Shown piece after piece: positions 60,184 through 64,000 of a DNA stretch of 64,000 nucleotides; position 1 is the first letter of the stretch; each line of letters begins with the position of its first letter. This DNA comes from Candidatus Hydrogenedentota bacterium. Lineage in GTDB: Bacteria > Hydrogenedentota > Hydrogenedentia > Hydrogenedentales > SLHB01. Position numbers and translations under genes: made by a program. Under the pieces are notes generated by a model that saw nothing but the letters and a program-made list of their open reading frames with translations, searched no databases and was not told where the DNA came from. Location: assembly GCA_963745075.1 (NCBI GenBank), contig CAVUWV010000011.1, positions 96,001 through 160,000 on the forward strand, written 5' to 3'.

Positions 60184-61096
60184 GTTCCAACCCGACAAGC
60201 CAGCGATCGATTGGTCACTGCAACGTCCCGATGTGGGACCGCCCCAAATAGAGTTTCTTGCGAATGACGTGGACCCCGCTCTTCCGGGCAGGCATCCGTA
60301 AGGCGGCTACGAAACCCCGCCCTCGTACGCCTTCGAGCGTACCCCGCCAGAGTGGTGTGAGTCCACTCCTGAATGGCGTCTTTACATCAGAAGCCGAACG
60401 GAACTGCGTCGCCGCGAGGCAGGGTGGGGAGTAGCGGAAGGCGAACGACCAGTCCGCAGGAATACGAACTCGATTTGGCCTTGCCGCTTGGCGAGACTCC
60501 GAGGGATGCACGAAGCCTGGAACGAACCGGCCACGCTGATGGCTTAAAAGACCAACTGCTGATCCCGGGGCCTCACGGTAACCGGGAGTCCAGGCAGGCG
60601 CCAGCAAGACGGATGAGGGATTCGACTCCCTCGGCTACCACTGCCAACGGACCCGCAAGGGCAAGATAACGCGCTGGCCGAACGACAAGGCCATCAGCAA
60701 GCTGCGCCACCGCGTGCGCCCGCTGACCAAGCGCACCAACGGCCACAGCATGCAGGCCAACATCGCACATCTCAACCCGGTGCTTCGAGGATGGTTTGAA
60801 TACTTCAAACACAGCGATCAATGCACCCTCGCAGAAGTAGACGGCTGGGTCCGGGGACGCCTGCGCAGCATATTGCGCAAACGCCATAAAGGAAAAGGCA
60901 AGGGCCGGGGAACAGACCACTTCAAATGGCCAAACCGCTACTTTGCGAAGCTCGGGCTATCCACGCTTGAAACGGCCTGGGCAGACGCCAGACCGTCACT
61001 TCGGCGCAACCACTGAACGGAGAGCCGTATGCGGGAGAACCGCACGTACGGTTCGCGGGGAGGAGAGGCCGGTCAACCGGCCTTCCCTACCCCTAT
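60184..61096 (+). mobile_element. internally deleted group II intron
   Basis: D5 GAGCCGTATGCGGGAGAACCGCACGTACGGTTC (61022-61054, AGC triad); D6 with bulged A at 61089, ending CCCCTAT; D1 basal pairing CAGC..TTGGTC with GACCAA..GCTG; remnant ORF in D4. 5' boundary inferred. Confidence 0.85.
60600..61016 (+). pseudogene. remnant of intron-encoded RT/maturase (RT7 and X/thumb only)
   Basis: ASKTDEGFDSLGYHC..LNPVLRGWFEYFK..DGWVRGRLRSILRKR..WPNRYFAKLGL; in-frame TAA at 60579; no YADD or RT0-6; no endonuclease domain. Confidence 0.85.
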
Positions 61097-61116
61097 CTCT
61101 TCCGGTGGCGATGTCG

Positions 61117-63978
61117 TTATGCGGACTGGTCTGAGGGAGATGGCGCCAGCGCGTTGGCCAGGAGTTCGGCCATGTGGATGGGCTGTACGGGGGTCAGATG
61201 ATCGATCTGGTGCCGGCAGCTTGTGCCCGAAGCGACGACTTCCGTGCCCGCCTGCAGGTCATTGATTCGATCGATCAGCGGTTGCGCAACCTTTTTGGAT
61301 AACTCGTACTTTGCGGTCAACTGGCCGAACGCACCCGCCATGCCGCAACAACCGGTATCCAAGGTTTGCACGGTGCAGTTGGGCAGATGAGCGACCAACC
61401 GCTCCGCCGCGCTCGTATCGCTAAGCGCCTTCGCGTGGCAGTGCCCATGTATCGCGACCCACGAGTAACCGGGTGCAAACGTCAGCGCGTCCGGCTCCTT
61501 GTCCAGCAGGGCGCACAGAAACTCTTCAAACAGCACGCAGCGTTGCGCAACCTCTTTCGCGCCGTCAATCAACAGTTCGGCGTAGTCTTCGTGGAACATG
61601 GACCAGCACGACGGCTCGAGAAAGACGATCGGGGCATCCCCATGCTTCAGTAGCTCGATATTGTGTTCTCCGTAGCGTTTTGCCATGCCCAGACGGCCGA
61701 CACTGAACGCGGGACGCCCGCAACACTTCCGGCCATCGGCTAGCACAACCTCAAATCCCGCGGCCTCGAGCACGGTGACGGCGGCGCGGCCAATGTCAGG
61801 TTCGTTGTAACGCACGAAGGTGTCGTCCCAGAGAATCACGTTGCCGCGTGTTGCTCGCCCATTTCGCGAACGCCTCGCGAACCAGCGATCGAATCGTTCG
61901 GTCGTGTACGCGGGGAGTGGACGTTCCCGCGTGATACCGATCGCGCGGTCCATCAGTTTCCGTACGACGCGGTTACGGAGCATTGCGTTCGTCAGGCGCG
62001 GCATGGTGCAGCCCAGCCGTCCCAAGAGATCCACAGAACTGATGATCCGTTCCCGGAGCGGCACGCCGTCGCGCCGTTGCCGCGCGTGCATCATTTCCGA
62101 CTTCAGCAGCGTCATGTTGACGTTCGACGGGCACTCGGTCGTGCAGGCTTTGCAGGAAAGACAATTGCTGAGCGCTTCGTCGAGTTCGGAAGACACGAGG
62201 GGGTCAACGTCGATGCGGTGTTCCAGCACGGCGCGAATCGTATTGGCGCGTCCGCGCGTGGACATGATCTCTTCCTCGGTCGCCTGATACGTCGGGCACA
62301 TGGTTGGCGCTGCCTTCCGGCATACGCCGCTGCCGTTGCATTGTTCGAGATTGCCGACGAAAGACTCATCTTTCGCAACGAAACCCAGCACGGGCTCGAA
62401 CGGCACCGGCGTTTCGTGGTTTGGGCCCATGCGCAAATTGGTGTCGATCCGGAAGTCGTAGCCGTCCGACGGTATGATTTTGCCGGGGTTCATCCGATTC
62501 TTGGGATCGAAGAGCGCTTTGATGGCCCGCATCGCGTCGAGCACGTCGGAACCCAAATGCGCCGGCATGTGTTCGGTGCGCGCGATCCCGACGCCGTGCT
62601 CGGCGCAGAAGGAGCCTTTCACGTCCGCAACCAATGCGGACACGTCCGCCGTGACTTCGCGGTAGCGGGTGATGTCGCCGGGGTCGTGCATATCCAATAC
62701 GGGCCGCACGTGCAGAAGGCCCGATGCGGCGTGGCCGTAGAAGGAACCCTGCAAGTTCATGCGGTCGAAGATCGCGAGCAGTCCGTCCACGTATTCGGCC
62801 AGTTTGCGGGGTGGCACCGCGGCGTCCTCGATCCCCGGCACCGGCTTCGCCGCGCCTTGGCATCCAGTCAACAGGGAAAGGCCCGCCTTGCGCAACGACC
62901 ACACCATTTCCATCTCTCGGGGGTCGGTAATGATCTGTTTTCGGATTCCAATATCCCGTTCTGAAAGGGCGGCGAGTTTGCCCTCCACGTCGTCGTAGAA
63001 CTCGACAACGAGAATGGATTTGTGCGGATCCTCATCCAGCCGCATCAAGGCGCGTGTCGTGGCGAACGTGCGTTGCCCTCGCGTCCGATCGTAGAGCACG
63101 TCGTCAATATGTTCGATGGCGGCGGGGTTTAAGTCGAGCATGGCGACGGTCGCGTGGGCGGCCTCGGTCACGGAATCGAAGTAGATCAAGCATAGCCCTT
63201 TGCGATCGGGCAAAGGTACGAGCCCCAATTCTGCCGACGCGATGCAGGCGAGCGTGCCTTCGCTGCCGGCCAACACGTGATTGAGATAGGGGCCTTCCCG
63301 CACGTAGCGGTCGAGACCGAACCCTGGCCAGCGCTTGACCAGCACGTTGGGAAATCGTTCTCGAACGATCGAGGCGTGTTGTTGAACGATGGCATCCACG
63401 GACGCGCGCAAGTCCGCCAGCGTTTCGTACCCGGGGCCGACCGTTTCGATTCGGCCATCAGCCATGACCAACTCGAGCGCATGCACGTGGGCGGCCGTCG
63501 TACCGTAGATCGGGGCGTGCGCGCCGGACGAGTTGTTCGCGATCATGCCGCCCAGTGTGGCCCGGGAACTCGTCGCCACGTCGGGGCCGAACCAGAGCCC
63601 GTGCGGTTTCAGATATGCATTGAGTTGATCCAGCACGACTCCCGCTCCGACTCGGACCGTTCGACGCTCGCGGTCAAAATCCTCGATGGCGCGGTTATAC
63701 CGGGAGAAATCGATGACCATCCCGCGGCCTACCGCGCCTCCTGCGAGCCCGGTCCCAGCGCCGCGCGGGATGATGGCCAAGCCGGTGTCATCCGCCGCGC
63801 GAATAGCCTCCGCCGCCTCCTCCGCCGAGCGAGGGAACGCGACAGCGTCCGGCACGATCTGATAGAGCGACGCGTCCGTTGCATAGAGTTGGCGGGTCAA
63901 ATCGTCCGTGCGGATTTCGCAGCGGGCATCTTTCAAAATCTTGTTGAGGTTTACGGCACCCATGATGTTTCCTGGCAT
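61117..63978 (-). CDS. FAD-binding and Fe-S-binding oxidoreductase (YdiJ / GlcD-GlcF fusion type)
   Basis: LYATDASLY, PRGAGTGLAG, GGMIANNSSG, AEHGVG, CLSCKACTTECP, CCGRP, HGHCH, CCGMAG, GTSCRHQ. Confidence 0.92.
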   Translation of the reverse strand: MPGNIMGAVNLNKILKDARCEIRTDDLTRQLYATDASLYQIVPDAVAFPRSAEEAAEAIRAADDTGLAIIPRGAGTGLAGGAVGRGMVIDFSRYNRAIEDFDRERRTVRVGAGVVLDQLNAYLKPHGLWFGPDVATSSRATLGGMIANNSSGAHAPIYGTTAAHVHALELVMADGRIETVGPGYETLADLRASVDAIVQQHASIVRERFPNVLVKRWPGFGLDRYVREGPYLNHVLAGSEGTLACIASAELGLVPLPDRKGLCLIYFDSVTEAAHATVAMLDLNPAAIEHIDDVLYDRTRGQRTFATTRALMRLDEDPHKSILVVEFYDDVEGKLAALSERDIGIRKQIITDPREMEMVWSLRKAGLSLLTGCQGAAKPVPGIEDAAVPPRKLAEYVDGLLAIFDRMNLQGSFYGHAASGLLHVRPVLDMHDPGDITRYREVTADVSALVADVKGSFCAEHGVGIARTEHMPAHLGSDVLDAMRAIKALFDPKNRMNPGKIIPSDGYDFRIDTNLRMGPNHETPVPFEPVLGFVAKDESFVGNLEQCNGSGVCRKAAPTMCPTYQATEEEIMSTRGRANTIRAVLEHRIDVDPLVSSELDEALSNCLSCKACTTECPSNVNMTLLKSEMMHARQRRDGVPLRERIISSVDLLGRLGCTMPRLTNAMLRNRVVRKLMDRAIGITRERPLPAYTTERFDRWFARRSRNGRATRGNVILWDDTFVRYNEPDIGRAAVTVLEAAGFEVVLADGRKCCGRPAFSVGRLGMAKRYGEHNIELLKHGDAPIVFLEPSCWSMFHEDYAELLIDGAKEVAQRCVLFEEFLCALLDKEPDALTFAPGYSWVAIHGHCHAKALSDTSAAERLVAHLPNCTVQTLDTGCCGMAGAFGQLTAKYELSKKVAQPLIDRINDLQAGTEVVASGTSCRHQIDHLTPVQPIHMAELLANALAPSPSDQSA

Positions 63979-64000
63979 TGTCTATGACGTCTTCGCTCAT

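Noticed and set aside
60600..61016. Possible retron, DGR or functional reverse transcriptase system
   Set aside because: No YADD or RT0-6; the adjacent D5/D6 identify it as a group II intron remnant; I saw no template/variable repeat pair.
63788..64000. 70-aa ORF at the window edge
   Set aside because: Overlaps the oxidoreductase start in another frame; unsupported.

Overview
GC-rich bacterial chromosomal window, almost fully coding. Tat/Sec-exported glycoside hydrolases, a dockerin-tagged peptidase, DUF1080/DUF4038/PmoA-like proteins and Ser/Thr kinases suggest a Hydrogenedentota/PVC-like heterotroph; this taxonomy is inference only. Housekeeping genes (pntAA-pntAB-pntB, coaD, larB/larC, mtnP, ispE, aroK, purU) are interspersed with many secreted enzymes. 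I saw no rRNA, tRNA, CRISPR array, prophage or intact transposase. Most notable: (1) a ~0.9 kb internally deleted group II intron (60184-61096) that keeps D1, D2, D5, D6 and only the RT7/thumb end of its ORF, lacks D3 and RT0-6, and appears to start with a non-canonical GUUCC; (2) a 1082-aa penicillin-acylase-fold protein lacking both its Ser nucleophile and its catalytic Asn, with two tandem C-terminal domains (probable pseudoenzyme); (3) a tandem pair of receptor-like Ser/Thr kinases with extracytoplasmic beta-propellers behind a promoter carrying a palindromic operator; (4) a membrane-anchored alpha-crystallin/Hsp20-like protein; (5) at least five families of intergenic palindromic or short-period repeats, one set nested; (6) three single-base frameshifts, most likely assembly errors. 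Family assignments come from motif recognition, not database searches.
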